In this document: positions 30,458 to 40,583 of the stretch, piece by piece
Position numbering within the stretch: position 1 is the first letter of the stretch
How the letters are laid out: every line of letters starts with the position of its first letter
DNA from: Candidatus Staskawiczbacteria bacterium
Lineage (GTDB): Bacteria; Patescibacteriota; Minisyncoccia; Minisyncoccales; Staskawiczbacteraceae
NCBI GenBank assembly: GCA_903835075.1
Contig: CAILLM010000004.1
Coordinates: 80,532 to 144,531, forward strand
Direction: 5' to 3'
DNA: 64,000 bases
Notes under the pieces: generated by a model
Database searches by the model: none
What the model saw: the letters and a program-made list of their open reading frames with translations, nothing else
Told to the model about the DNA's origin: nothing
Program-made: the position numbers and the translations under genes

Positions 30458-30529
30458 GCTCCCGTAGCTCAATGGTAGAGCAGTAGCCTTTTAAGCTATT
30501 GGTTCCGCGTTCGAGTCGCGGCGGGAGCA
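30458..30529 (+). tRNA. tRNA-Lys(TTT), CCA not encoded
   Basis: Cloverleaf: GCTCCCG/CGGGAGC acceptor, GTAGC-CTTTTAA-GCTAT anticodon arm, TTCGAGT T-loop. Confidence 0.95.
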
Positions 30530-30535
30530 CATGCG

Positions 30536-30562
30536 AAAAGCCGTCTTAATAGGGCGGTTTTT
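30536..30562 (+). terminator. Intrinsic terminator
   Basis: GCCGTCT-TAAT-AGGGCGG followed by a T-tract. Confidence 0.7.
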
Positions 30563-30655
30563 GTTTGTGTTGGTTTATGTCCGCCAACTATTGACATCTT
30601 TATTATATTATGGTAAGATTATTAATTAATCAAATATTAATTATTTATCTATATT

Positions 30656-31858
30656 ATGAACACAATGAATAAATTAATTGTTTCAGCTATATTATTATCA
30701 TTAACAGTGGTTGTTTTATATGCAACAGCTCCCGTGGTTTTAGCATGTAATTCTAGTGGCAACCAAAACGCCATAGACTACACTGATTGTTCTGGCAATG
30801 ATATTTATTGGTTTAACCAATGCAATGAAAGACTAGAACTTTACAAGCATTGTGGTGTGAATCAAATTTGTCAAAATGCATTGTGCGTAGACCAAAACAT
30901 AGGTTGTCGTACAAATTTAGATTGTGGCACAGATGCAGTTTATGGAAGTGCTTTTTGCCAAGGAAATAATGTTTATCAAAATTATAAAACATATACCTGC
31001 AATAACCCGGGGACTTCTTCAAGTACTTGTTCAAGCTCTATAACCGCAAGATTGCAAACAACTTGTTATGGAAGCCAAGCTTGTACAAACGGAAGTTGCA
31101 CCAGTTCTTGCACGCAAAATTATCAACAAAGATGTATTGGTACTAGTATGTACTGGTATGATTCATGTGGAACTCAAGGAAATTATGTAGGAACTTGTGG
31201 TCAAACAAATTCTACATTAACTGTAACAAAAACAGTTAAAGACATTACAACCAATACAGCATTTTCAACTTCAACATATGCCAGCCCATCAGATATGTTG
31301 TTGTATATGATAACATTGCAAGCAAATGGAACAGATGCTCAAAATGTTTATGTTAGAGACATATTGCCTGTCAATTTAATTTATAATAACCAACTTGTTG
31401 TTGCTAGATCTAATAATTCTTACAACAGTTATTCTGGAGATGTAATGTCTGGGTTAAATTTAAATACAATTTCTTCTGGTCAAACAGTTACAATAACTTA
31501 CCAAGTTCAAGTGGCTAGTTCAACAAATTTTATTTATGGTACTACAACATTAAATAATACAGTTACAACTACCAGCTCAAATGTTAGTTATGTGCCAAAT
31601 GCCACGGCCTCAGTTATTGTTACAAAGTCAGGAGTGTTGGGAGCTTCGTATGTTTCAACTGGTTTAACAAATAATTTTTGGGTGGACTCATTTTTCTTGC
31701 CGTTACTAATAACAGTAATTGGGCTTTGGATGTGGAAATTGGGAATGTTTTTTGGAATTGAGAAATGGTTAGATAGTAAAAGAAAAGTAAGAAGAGGTTA
31801 CCACGCGCAAAAAGAGCTTTTAAACAGAATTGAGAAAATACAAAAAGTAGGAAAATAA
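30656..31858 (+). CDS. Cys-rich surface protein with DUF11-like domain and VLG..VxTG-TM tail
   Basis: Signal peptide; C.GN..YWxDxC repeats; LTVTKTV...NVYVRDILP; C-terminal TM. Confidence 0.8.
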   Translation: MNTMNKLIVSAILLSLTVVVLYATAPVVLACNSSGNQNAIDYTDCSGNDIYWFNQCNERLELYKHCGVNQICQNALCVDQNIGCRTNLDCGTDAVYGSAFCQGNNVYQNYKTYTCNNPGTSSSTCSSSITARLQTTCYGSQACTNGSCTSSCTQNYQQRCIGTSMYWYDSCGTQGNYVGTCGQTNSTLTVTKTVKDITTNTAFSTSTYASPSDMLLYMITLQANGTDAQNVYVRDILPVNLIYNNQLVVARSNNSYNSYSGDVMSGLNLNTISSGQTVTITYQVQVASSTNFIYGTTTLNNTVTTTSSNVSYVPNATASVIVTKSGVLGASYVSTGLTNNFWVDSFFLPLLITVIGLWMWKLGMFFGIEKWLDSKRKVRRGYHAQKELLNRIEKIQKVGK

Positions 31859-31867
31859 CATAAAAAT

Positions 31868-31906
31868 AAAAAAGCCGTCCGCGACGAAAGTCGGGACGGC
31901 TTTTTT
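31868..31906. terminator. Bidirectional terminator-like hairpin
   Basis: AAAAAAGCCGTCC-G-CGAC-GAAA-GTCG-GGACGGCTTTTTT. Confidence 0.75.
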
Positions 31907-31909
31907 ATG

Positions 31910-31928
31910 TCCTGAGTTCGTCGAAGGA
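31910..31928. repeat. Intergenic copy of palindromic family B
   Basis: TCCTGAGTTCGTCGAAGGA, same core as 40405 and 41016. Confidence 0.7.
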
Positions 31929-31993
31929 TTGTGTATATTGACTACTTGTTTTATTATTTTAATAAGTTTAAAATAATATAATATATTCTTTTT

Positions 31994-33376
31994 ATGAAAA
32001 TAAATAAGTTTTTAATTTTTGGCAGTATTATTTTAACATCAGCTTGTTTTATTTTACAGGCACAGGCAGCTACAACAGTATCGCAGGCAGATTTGGCTCC
32101 TTTAATACAATTACCAGAAGCTCATATTACTAAAATAAGTGGCAATACAATAGAAGGAGAGTTTTCTGTTATAAATGGTGAAAAATATTATTTGAGTGAT
32201 TTAAATTATGAAATAAAATTACTGCAAGGGACTTCTTTTGATAATTACAAATTAATTGATGTTGTGGTTCCAAGTGGAACATTTTTTGTAGCTCCTGATG
32301 ATACTATTTCAAAAAATTTTACATATACTTACCCTAAAAATATTACCAATGGAAATTATGCTGTAAGAATTGAGGCCATGACTTCACGTGGCACAGAATT
32401 GGGTTGGTATGATTTAGTAACTCCATTAACTGGTGAAAACAAATTTTTAAATATTATTGTAGATAGTTCTAAAGTTGCGGTTGATAACAATGCAAATGTT
32501 TTTAATAAAACTGGTAGCACGTCAACAAATGCCACTAGCACATCTGTTGATGGAAAAATAAAACCACCAGTCAACCCGCCAGTAATTTCTTCTGTTGTTC
32601 ATAAAATTGCTACTCCACTGGAAGGGATAAATGTTAGCTCAACAGATGACGTGTCAGCATATTTGCAAATTAAAAATACAGGTAAGGCAATTACTGTTGT
32701 TCCACAAATAAAAATTTACAAAAGGCAAATTAATATGCCTGTGGTAAAAGAATATAATGATACGGCAATAACTTTTGCCAAAGGTGAAACAAAAACAATA
32801 ACTTTAAAAATGCCAAAATTAGATATACCAGAATCATATTTGGCTGAAGTTAAATTTTTTGAAAACAACCAGCAAGTTTCAGGTTTACAATATTTCAGGT
32901 GGGTAGTAGAAGGTGACAGCGGGAAAATAATTTACATAAAAGCAGATAAAGATTTTTATAAAGCAGGGGATACCATTAATTTAACAGTTCAACCTATCGG
33001 CCCAGCTGATGGTAGTAATGGTGGTCAAGGACAATTAGAAATTACTGTTTCTGATAAAAATGGAAAATTAATTTCTAAAACTTCAGAAGCAGTTTCATTG
33101 GGTGACGGATTGGTAACTTCATTAATTTCAATTCCTGTTAAAGCTGATTTAGTTTCTCCAATAATTGATGTTAAGTTGACCAAGGCAAGCAAAATTTTAG
33201 ATGAGCAAAAAATTACTTTGCCAGTGTTTTCTGCACAAGCCAAGCAAATAGAAAAACAAGCAAATCAAAAAACTTTTCAATTTTACTTAATTGTTGGTTT
33301 GTTGGCTTTGGCAATAATTGTTGTAGCGTGGTTTGTGTTTTACAAATTAAAAAAATTAGCAAATAAAAATAAATGA
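31994..33376 (+). CDS. Secreted beta-rich (Ig-like) protein with C-terminal TM anchor
   Basis: Signal peptide, beta-strand-rich body, C-terminal hydrophobic helix and Lys tail. Confidence 0.75.
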   Translation: MKINKFLIFGSIILTSACFILQAQAATTVSQADLAPLIQLPEAHITKISGNTIEGEFSVINGEKYYLSDLNYEIKLLQGTSFDNYKLIDVVVPSGTFFVAPDDTISKNFTYTYPKNITNGNYAVRIEAMTSRGTELGWYDLVTPLTGENKFLNIIVDSSKVAVDNNANVFNKTGSTSTNATSTSVDGKIKPPVNPPVISSVVHKIATPLEGINVSSTDDVSAYLQIKNTGKAITVVPQIKIYKRQINMPVVKEYNDTAITFAKGETKTITLKMPKLDIPESYLAEVKFFENNQQVSGLQYFRWVVEGDSGKIIYIKADKDFYKAGDTINLTVQPIGPADGSNGGQGQLEITVSDKNGKLISKTSEAVSLGDGLVTSLISIPVKADLVSPIIDVKLTKASKILDEQKITLPVFSAQAKQIEKQANQKTFQFYLIVGLLALAIIVVAWFVFYKLKKLANKNK

Positions 33377-34245
33377 AAAAAATAATTGGCATTCAACTAA
33401 TTTTTCTATTTTTATTTTTTGGTTTATTTTTAGCACCACAGGCAGTTAATGCTTCTGTTGGTGTAACTTTTTCTGTGTCATCTCCAACTGCCAATACGGT
33501 ATATTATCCGGGAGAAACTATGTGTATGAATGGGACTATCACAACCACGACCTGCGGGAATACAGTAATAAGTGATGTATCATATACACTTAATTTGGCA
33601 GGACAGCAGTTTTCTGGACATCTTAATTATCTTAAAAATGCAACTACTACTTGGAACAAATGTGTGATTGTCCCCCCTACAACGCCTTGCGGTCCTACAA
33701 ACATGAATTTGGTTTTAAGCGTTGTGTCTTATCATGGAGGTTCAGCCGATACTATTAATAATGCTAATAATAGTACAGACACTTCTACCTATAATGTACC
33801 TGTTATAATTGGACAAAAGGGAGTTTGTGGCTCAGCAGTAAACACGCCTACGGCAACAAGGCCAAGCAGTGGGCTTTGTAACACGGGCAATCCTTCAAAC
33901 GTTTCAAGAAAGGAAAGTGATGGCACTTGGGATTGGTCATGTGATACAAATTATAATTACCCCAGCAATGCTGACGCAAGTTGTGTCCCAAGTAATACAC
34001 CATGCAAAGTTGCCAACACTGGAATTGTTGGAGCTTGTGGCACAAATGGTGCATCTTACCCACCTGGAAAAACATACCCCGCAGGAGCTACTTCTTTTAC
34101 TGGTACTTTTTGCATTAACAACCTAACTCCAACTCCTTCGCGACCAGTTTTCCCAACAACATCTACACCAACAACTTGGACATGCCCCAATGGTGCCTCA
34201 TATGTAACCTGTGGTGCTATTTTTACGCCAGGTGTTTGTAATTAA
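33373..34245 (+). CDS. Secreted Cys-repeat surface protein, ends at the start of a repeat (GVCN*)
   Basis: Signal peptide; GxCG...LC..G...WxWxC...C modules. Confidence 0.75.
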   Translation: MKKIIGIQLIFLFLFFGLFLAPQAVNASVGVTFSVSSPTANTVYYPGETMCMNGTITTTTCGNTVISDVSYTLNLAGQQFSGHLNYLKNATTTWNKCVIVPPTTPCGPTNMNLVLSVVSYHGGSADTINNANNSTDTSTYNVPVIIGQKGVCGSAVNTPTATRPSSGLCNTGNPSNVSRKESDGTWDWSCDTNYNYPSNADASCVPSNTPCKVANTGIVGACGTNGASYPPGKTYPAGATSFTGTFCINNLTPTPSRPVFPTTSTPTTWTCPNGASYVTCGAIFTPGVCN

Positions 34246-34273
34246 TTGGCACGCATAATTTAAAAAATAAAAA

Positions 34274-35893
34274 GTGAAAAATATTAAATTATCATTATTA
34301 TTTATTTTTATATTGTCCTTTGGGCTGTTTTTGGTGGCTGGCACAGTTTATGCAGATTCTTATGCCAGTAATATAAACATGACTTTGCATGGCCAAACAA
34401 GCACTTACGGAAGTAATTCTTCTCATTATTACCCACCTGTTTGGGGAACTCCTGTTTTGAATTCTACATATTCTTGGGGTGGGAACAATTATACTGTTCT
34501 TGCCCCATACGGTAAAGATACGAGTTTGGACTCAAGATTTCCTTATCAATGGGATTTGTATAATATAGATAACACGGGCGGTTATTATGACCCTGGTTAT
34601 TATGAGTTTTGTGCAGTGTATCCAACATCAACAAGAACGTGGTGGGCTAATGCTAGTACAAGTTCTTCTTATGGCGACATTGCTTACAATTGCATCCCTA
34701 TTTTATTAACAGATGACCCTGTTCAACGAACTTTTTATCTTTGGTCTGGCTCAACGGGTAGTTATAGCTATGATTATGGTTTTTATACAGGCGGTGACCC
34801 AGCCCCATCAACGTGGTATTTGCCCTATCTTTACCCAGTAGCATATGATGGTTTGTGTGGAACAAATGCCAAAGCATGGGATCCAGGATCTACTCGTTTT
34901 GATACTTCTGCGGGTGCTTTCTGTGCTAGCTATCCATATGCTTCACCTAGCGTAGCTTTTCCTGCTAATGGTGGAACAACAGCACAATGGACTTGTGCAG
35001 GGTCAAACGGGGGTGCAACTGCAACATGTTACGCTGGTTTGAAGGTTAACGGAGTACCCAATACATCTCCAGCAGTTACTTCTTCTTATCACAAGCCTAA
35101 CGTGGATGATCTTTGTATTTCTGGTATTCCAACAGAAGTTTCTGGTACTGGACCTTGGTCATGGAAGTGCTTGGGAGAAAACGGTGGGACTGATAGCGTA
35201 ACTGTTACTTCGCAATTGAAAATTGATGGTGCTGTTAGTGTAAGTGTTGATAATCAACAATTATCAACACAACCAAATGTAAATAGTAGTAGTGACCCAA
35301 ATACAAATGGCAGTTATGACCTTTGCGACTTTGGTACGGTGGCATCATTTAGTGGTTCGGGTACTACGGCAAATCCTTGGAGGTGGACATGTCTTTCCCC
35401 TAACACAGGAAATTCTGACACAGGCATAGCATATCTTAAAACATTTGGAGTTTGCGGTGACTCAGCAACAACATTTACAGATTCAGATAGCTTTTATAAT
35501 TATTCAAGTGAACTTTGCAACGCAGGAACTGCTGTTGCACTTAGCCCTTCAACAGATTTAAGTTATCCAACAATATCTAATCCAACAAAAACATGGAAAT
35601 GCTTGGGCTCAAGCAGTGAGTATGACAGCCCAACTTGTACGGCAGTTCTTTCTACAACTATTACTAGCTCTGACTTGCAATGCGGAAATGCTGAAGGTGA
35701 TTATTCTGCTGGAGAAGATTTTCCACGAGAACCATGGGATTACCCTTATAACTATTGTGCGACAGGAACCTATACATCCTCAGCCTCAACTTACACCTAT
35801 AGGGTGCGTGCAATAAATAAAAATAACCAAACAGGCGCTGACCAAACTGGGAATTGGTCAAATGTTGTTAATGCTACACCGCCTTCACAATAA
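34274..35893 (+). CDS. Secreted Cys-repeat surface protein ending in a half FN3 domain
   Basis: GTG start, signal peptide, several GxCG/LC/WxC modules, terminal STYTYRVRAIN...GNWSNVVNATP. Confidence 0.8.
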   Translation: MKNIKLSLLFIFILSFGLFLVAGTVYADSYASNINMTLHGQTSTYGSNSSHYYPPVWGTPVLNSTYSWGGNNYTVLAPYGKDTSLDSRFPYQWDLYNIDNTGGYYDPGYYEFCAVYPTSTRTWWANASTSSSYGDIAYNCIPILLTDDPVQRTFYLWSGSTGSYSYDYGFYTGGDPAPSTWYLPYLYPVAYDGLCGTNAKAWDPGSTRFDTSAGAFCASYPYASPSVAFPANGGTTAQWTCAGSNGGATATCYAGLKVNGVPNTSPAVTSSYHKPNVDDLCISGIPTEVSGTGPWSWKCLGENGGTDSVTVTSQLKIDGAVSVSVDNQQLSTQPNVNSSSDPNTNGSYDLCDFGTVASFSGSGTTANPWRWTCLSPNTGNSDTGIAYLKTFGVCGDSATTFTDSDSFYNYSSELCNAGTAVALSPSTDLSYPTISNPTKTWKCLGSSSEYDSPTCTAVLSTTITSSDLQCGNAEGDYSAGEDFPREPWDYPYNYCATGTYTSSASTYTYRVRAINKNNQTGADQTGNWSNVVNATPPSQ

Positions 35894-35911
35894 AAATATT
35901 ATTTTAAGATA

Positions 35912-38900
35912 ATGGAAAAAATAATAACAAAACATCAAAAAATAATTTTTCTAATTTTACCAATTTTTATTGCTTTGTCTTTTTTTATTGTCCCGCAAAA
36001 AGCTTACGCTGCTAATGTGTCCTCAGTTTATGTGTCATCTGCAACAAAAACTGACGGCACAACTTACAATGCTACTATATCTAATACTGGTGTGCCTGCG
36101 AATGATAGAGCCACATATTCTGGTTTAGATGTTAATATACATCCGTACGGAGTTGGCACAATAATATATATTAATGTTTTACTTTCTTCTTCGGTGGTAA
36201 CCTCTGTTTCCGGTACGCCAACGCTTACACTTGAAACCGGAACTGTGGATAGGGCTGCTAGCTATTATTCTCTTAGTTCGGATGGAAGAACTCTAACATT
36301 TAAATACATTGTTCAAGCAGGAGACAATTCTTCTGATTTAAATTATGTTTCTAGTACTTCTTTGAGTGGTGGTACCATAAAAGTTGGCACAACAACCCTC
36401 ACAATAACATTAGTGAATCCCACAAGTAATTATTCCTTGGGTTATAATAATTCAGTTGTAATTGATACAACACCACCAACCAACTTTAGTATTACAAATC
36501 CAACGCCACCAACCACACAAGCATCAAGTAAAACAGTATCGGCAATTTCTCTCAATACGGACACGGTATCAATGTATATGGCTAAAACTCAAAATACTAC
36601 TTGTAATGGAAGTGGAAGTTTATCTTTTTTGGCTTATGTTCCCAGTACATCAATAATATTTAACAATGAATCAGACAATGGTACATATGTTTGTTTTGCG
36701 GCAGAGGATGCAGCTGGAAACTGGGCTTACGCTTTGTCTAATATTGTTTCTGGGATTGATGCAACTCCGCCATCTGTTACTTCAATAACTAGTGTTGCGG
36801 GGAGTACGGCCCCACCATATTTTGATATTACAAATGATAACAACACAGCGGTAGTATATGTAGCTTCTTCAGATGCAGTTACATGTAAGTGGGGTACTGC
36901 AGATACTAGCTATGATACCATGACGGCATGCACGTCCCTTTCAAGTTGCAATTTAACTTTTGCTGGCCTAGGAGTACATACAGCTTATATGCGATGTCTA
37001 GACGCTGCTGGAAATAAATCAACATCATCTAAAGTAGTAACTTACACAATTGACACAACGTTGCCAGCTGTTAGCTCTATAACTAGCGTTGCAGGAGATA
37101 ATAGTTCTCCATACTATGACGCCACAGATGACGGCAGTACAATAGTCAATTATGTTGCTACTTCACATGTTGCAGATTGCCATTGGAACACTTCAAACGT
37201 GCTTTATAATGCCATGGCTCATGATTGCGGGTCCTCCACAAGTTGTACGTTAAATCTTACTGGCCAAGGCTCAAAAACGGTTTTTATGCGATGTATTGAT
37301 AGCGCAGGTAATAAGGGGGACGGAGTAGCATCAGTTTATTCTTTTTTATATACGATTGATTCAATTGCCCCAGTAGCTCCAGGCACACCAGTTTTAACAA
37401 CTGGGGGTAGCACTACAACTAGCACAACGCCAAGTTTTACGGTTTCTTGCGAAACAGGAGATACTGTTTATCTTTATGATAATGGTATTGTTGCTAGTTC
37501 ATATTATACTTGTTCTAGTGGATCTGTCACGGCTGCTGTTTCCCCCGCTATTAGTAATGGCACGCACCCTATTACAGCAAAACAGCAAGATACAGCTGGT
37601 AATTGGTCTTCTGCCTCTGGGGTTGCTTCAATAGTTGTAAGCGTATTAGATACAACAGGCCCCTTTAACGTATCAGTTAGCTATGACACAACAACTACTG
37701 CAACGTCATCAGTTGTAATTACATATAATTATGGCTATGACTCTGGTTCTGGGCTAAATCTTGCTACTGGCGAGATTAGGCGCATGGTGGCTACTTATTC
37801 GGGAGGTGTTTGCGGAAGTTATTCTTATTTTACAGATTTACATTTTGGATATAATGATTCACCTTACACAGACAGCACCGTACAAACTGGGCATTGTTAT
37901 AGGTACCAATATTTAATTTATGATAATGCTGGTAATCCAGCTACAACAACGGGAGGCGTTGTTATTATCACCAATACGCCCAGCGTTCCAGGAGCACCAG
38001 GGGCACCAACTTTGTTTGTTGATAGTGTTACAGATTCAGAAATTGATTTGTCTGCAACGGCAAGCAACAATGGTAGTGCAATTACAAAGTATGAGGTTCA
38101 AAGAAGTTTAGATGGCGGAAATACTTGGGAAAATTCAACAACAGTAAGTGGTTCAACATTTATTTATCAAGATACAGACATCTCTCCATTGTTACTTGGA
38201 TTAAATAATACAGATGAAATTTCGTGGCTTTGTACTGGTACTTGTGGAGGAAGTAAAACTTGCACAGCGACAAGAACCGGCGGTACTCCTGCATATTGCG
38301 GAACTGCTGATGGTCAAATATATGACGCTGATGTAACTGGATATGGTGATGACACGCAGTGTGAGCCAGGCTCACCATCTTCAACCGCATTTCCAACTGC
38401 TGGCAACTCAGTAACATGGCATTGTAATAGCACAGATGGAGGAGAAGCTAGTGGAGATTGTACTGCCTCAAGATCAGAATCAAGCCCTGGCACTTGTAAC
38501 GCCACATATGATGGTAAGAATTTTTATGAACTTTCTTGGTCATCAAATTTATGTTCGGCAGGTGATGTGCAAAATTTCTCGGAAAATGACACTGGCTGGA
38601 CTTGGGATTGTGAAGGCACAAATAATGGAAGCACTGATAGTTGCTCGGCAAATCTTAAAGTTGACGGTGATTGTGGTTTGGCAGCGCAATCAATGTATGT
38701 GTACGAATATACTGGCACGCACCCTGGAAATTATATAACAGATTATGATTTGTGTTATGCAGGTACAGTGCCTACTGGTGACGTTTTATTGCCTTGGCAA
38801 GGAGGCTCAACTGTTTCTTGGCATTGTGGAGGGTTGAATGGAGGGTCGGCTTCTATAGAATGTAGCGCTTACAGGGAAATGCCATTACCTGAAGCTTCCT

Positions 38901-40135
38901 GTAAAGCAGTTTCTGGAGGAGAGGACGTTCCCCCAATATCACCACCATTATCTGGCAGTTGGCTAGCAAAGGGCACAGGAGGGACAGGGGTTTATTCTTA
39001 CACATGGGGTGGAGATGCCTCAGGTAATTCAATAACCTCTTCATTTAATTACACAACAGGCGTTGGTTTAAAAACAGCAACTATTGTTGTCCACTCGGGC
39101 GGATTTGATAGTTTACCAGCTACTTGCTCAATAACTGTTACAGACGGCCCTATTGATGGTATTTGTGGCAGTGCCGCAACTACATACAGAACAGGGGATT
39201 CCTTTCCTGGTGATAACCAATATTGCACGTCGGGGACTGTTTGTAAGGCAGGGTCTACCTGCCCGCCAGAAAAAGACCCAGCGTCGCTTGGGACAACAAC
39301 CACATCTTGGATATGCAAGGGTATAAATGATGGTGCAAAAGACAGTGGTACTTGCACGGCAACAAGGTTAAAAGCTCCAACAATTGGCACATTATCTTTT
39401 AACATTAACAATTGTCCTAGTGCTAGCACATCTATTTCTGGGGCTAGTATAATGGGATTTGATTGGGGCGATTATCAAGATACAAATAATGCTGGACTTT
39501 TGCAAACAGGTTTCAAATTGCAAGTTTCTGAAGACCCAAATTTCAACACAATAATATTTGAATCTACCAGTTATCACCAATTATATATTTTGCCTTCAGG
39601 CGTTCAATCAGATAATCCAAAAATTTCTTTTGCAAACCCAGCAGTGCCACGTTATTGGAGAGTCAAAATAACCAATGTTGCAGGTGATTCAGCGTGGTAT
39701 TATGGAAATAAAAATACAGAGTTAATAGATGGTAGCGGAAACCATATTTATAACGTTACAACCAACCAAGATTTAGCAGCTTCATTTACAACTCCAATTC
39801 ATCCTTATCCAAATCCTAAAATTACATTTTCAGCTTCTCCTGTAATAGTTAAAAATGCAGTGTATTTTTCAGGAAGAGATTCAGCTTGTTATGCTGATAA
39901 TGGGGCTGCTATTGATTGTTTAGATAATTGGGCTAGCTGGGCGCTAGATGGTAGTAATACTTATACTGTTTCCAAGTTAAACCCGCCAGCTCCTTATACT
40001 TACAACACAATAGGAACATATAACCAAAAACTAAAAATTACAGATGCTCAGGGATATAGTTGTACGGCACAAGAACCTTTAACTGTGAAGGCTTCGTCTA
40101 ATATTCCATTGTGGAAAGAAATATCACCATTCTAG
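35912..40135 (+). CDS. Large secreted surface protein: Ig-like (DTTPP) repeats, half FN3, Cys repeats, PKD-like C-terminus
   Basis: Signal peptide; DAAGN/DTTxP repeats; Cys modules after aa ~758; C-terminal WKEISPF. Confidence 0.85.
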   Translation: MEKIITKHQKIIFLILPIFIALSFFIVPQKAYAANVSSVYVSSATKTDGTTYNATISNTGVPANDRATYSGLDVNIHPYGVGTIIYINVLLSSSVVTSVSGTPTLTLETGTVDRAASYYSLSSDGRTLTFKYIVQAGDNSSDLNYVSSTSLSGGTIKVGTTTLTITLVNPTSNYSLGYNNSVVIDTTPPTNFSITNPTPPTTQASSKTVSAISLNTDTVSMYMAKTQNTTCNGSGSLSFLAYVPSTSIIFNNESDNGTYVCFAAEDAAGNWAYALSNIVSGIDATPPSVTSITSVAGSTAPPYFDITNDNNTAVVYVASSDAVTCKWGTADTSYDTMTACTSLSSCNLTFAGLGVHTAYMRCLDAAGNKSTSSKVVTYTIDTTLPAVSSITSVAGDNSSPYYDATDDGSTIVNYVATSHVADCHWNTSNVLYNAMAHDCGSSTSCTLNLTGQGSKTVFMRCIDSAGNKGDGVASVYSFLYTIDSIAPVAPGTPVLTTGGSTTTSTTPSFTVSCETGDTVYLYDNGIVASSYYTCSSGSVTAAVSPAISNGTHPITAKQQDTAGNWSSASGVASIVVSVLDTTGPFNVSVSYDTTTTATSSVVITYNYGYDSGSGLNLATGEIRRMVATYSGGVCGSYSYFTDLHFGYNDSPYTDSTVQTGHCYRYQYLIYDNAGNPATTTGGVVIITNTPSVPGAPGAPTLFVDSVTDSEIDLSATASNNGSAITKYEVQRSLDGGNTWENSTTVSGSTFIYQDTDISPLLLGLNNTDEISWLCTGTCGGSKTCTATRTGGTPAYCGTADGQIYDADVTGYGDDTQCEPGSPSSTAFPTAGNSVTWHCNSTDGGEASGDCTASRSESSPGTCNATYDGKNFYELSWSSNLCSAGDVQNFSENDTGWTWDCEGTNNGSTDSCSANLKVDGDCGLAAQSMYVYEYTGTHPGNYITDYDLCYAGTVPTGDVLLPWQGGSTVSWHCGGLNGGSASIECSAYREMPLPEASCKAVSGGEDVPPISPPLSGSWLAKGTGGTGVYSYTWGGDASGNSITSSFNYTTGVGLKTATIVVHSGGFDSLPATCSITVTDGPIDGICGSAATTYRTGDSFPGDNQYCTSGTVCKAGSTCPPEKDPASLGTTTTSWICKGINDGAKDSGTCTATRLKAPTIGTLSFNINNCPSASTSISGASIMGFDWGDYQDTNNAGLLQTGFKLQVSEDPNFNTIIFESTSYHQLYILPSGVQSDNPKISFANPAVPRYWRVKITNVAGDSAWYYGNKNTELIDGSGNHIYNVTTNQDLAASFTTPIHPYPNPKITFSASPVIVKNAVYFSGRDSACYADNGAAIDCLDNWASWALDGSNTYTVSKLNPPAPYTYNTIGTYNQKLKITDAQGYSCTAQEPLTVKASSNIPLWKEISPF

Positions 40136-40152
40136 AATTGTAAATAAAATAT

Positions 40153-40548
40153 ATGATACAGGAAGAATTCGAAAAATTAGTTGAGCAGGGAATTGATGCA
40201 ATTGACGAAAAGTTTTTATCTGCGTTGAAAAATGTTGAAATTGTTATTGAAGACGACCCCACGCCAGCTCAAATAGAAAAATTAAAACTTCACGGGGCAA
40301 TGCTTTTTGGTTTGTATGAAGGTGTGCCGTTAACAAAAAGACAATCTTACGGACAAGTTTTACCCGATAAAATTACAATTTTTAAAAATCAAATTGAGAG
40401 GGCCTGCCCTGAGCCTGCCGAAGGGTCTATGTCTCATAGAGAGTGTATTAAAAAAATAGTTACCAATACTGTTTGGCACGAAATAGCTCATCATTTTGGA
40501 ATGGATGAAGAGCAAGTACGTTCGGCAGAACGTAAACGAAGCAGCTAA
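40153..40548 (+). CDS. Zincin-like metallopeptidase family protein
   Basis: LFGLYEGVPL, LPDKITIF, VWHEIAHHFG. Confidence 0.9.
   Translation: MIQEEFEKLVEQGIDAIDEKFLSALKNVEIVIEDDPTPAQIEKLKLHGAMLFGLYEGVPLTKRQSYGQVLPDKITIFKNQIERACPEPAEGSMSHRECIKKIVTNTVWHEIAHHFGMDEEQVRSAERKRSS
40405..40425. repeat. Palindromic element in frame in the zincin gene (family B; CPEPAEG)
   Basis: TGCCCTGAGCCTGCCGAAGGG. Confidence 0.7.
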
Positions 40549-40550
40549 GC

Positions 40551-40577
40551 AAAAAAATCTCCTTTCGGAGATTTTTT
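40551..40577. terminator. Bidirectional terminator between convergent genes
   Basis: AAAAAAATCTCC-TTTC-GGAGATTTTTT. Confidence 0.85.
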
Positions 40578-40583
40578 ATTGTT

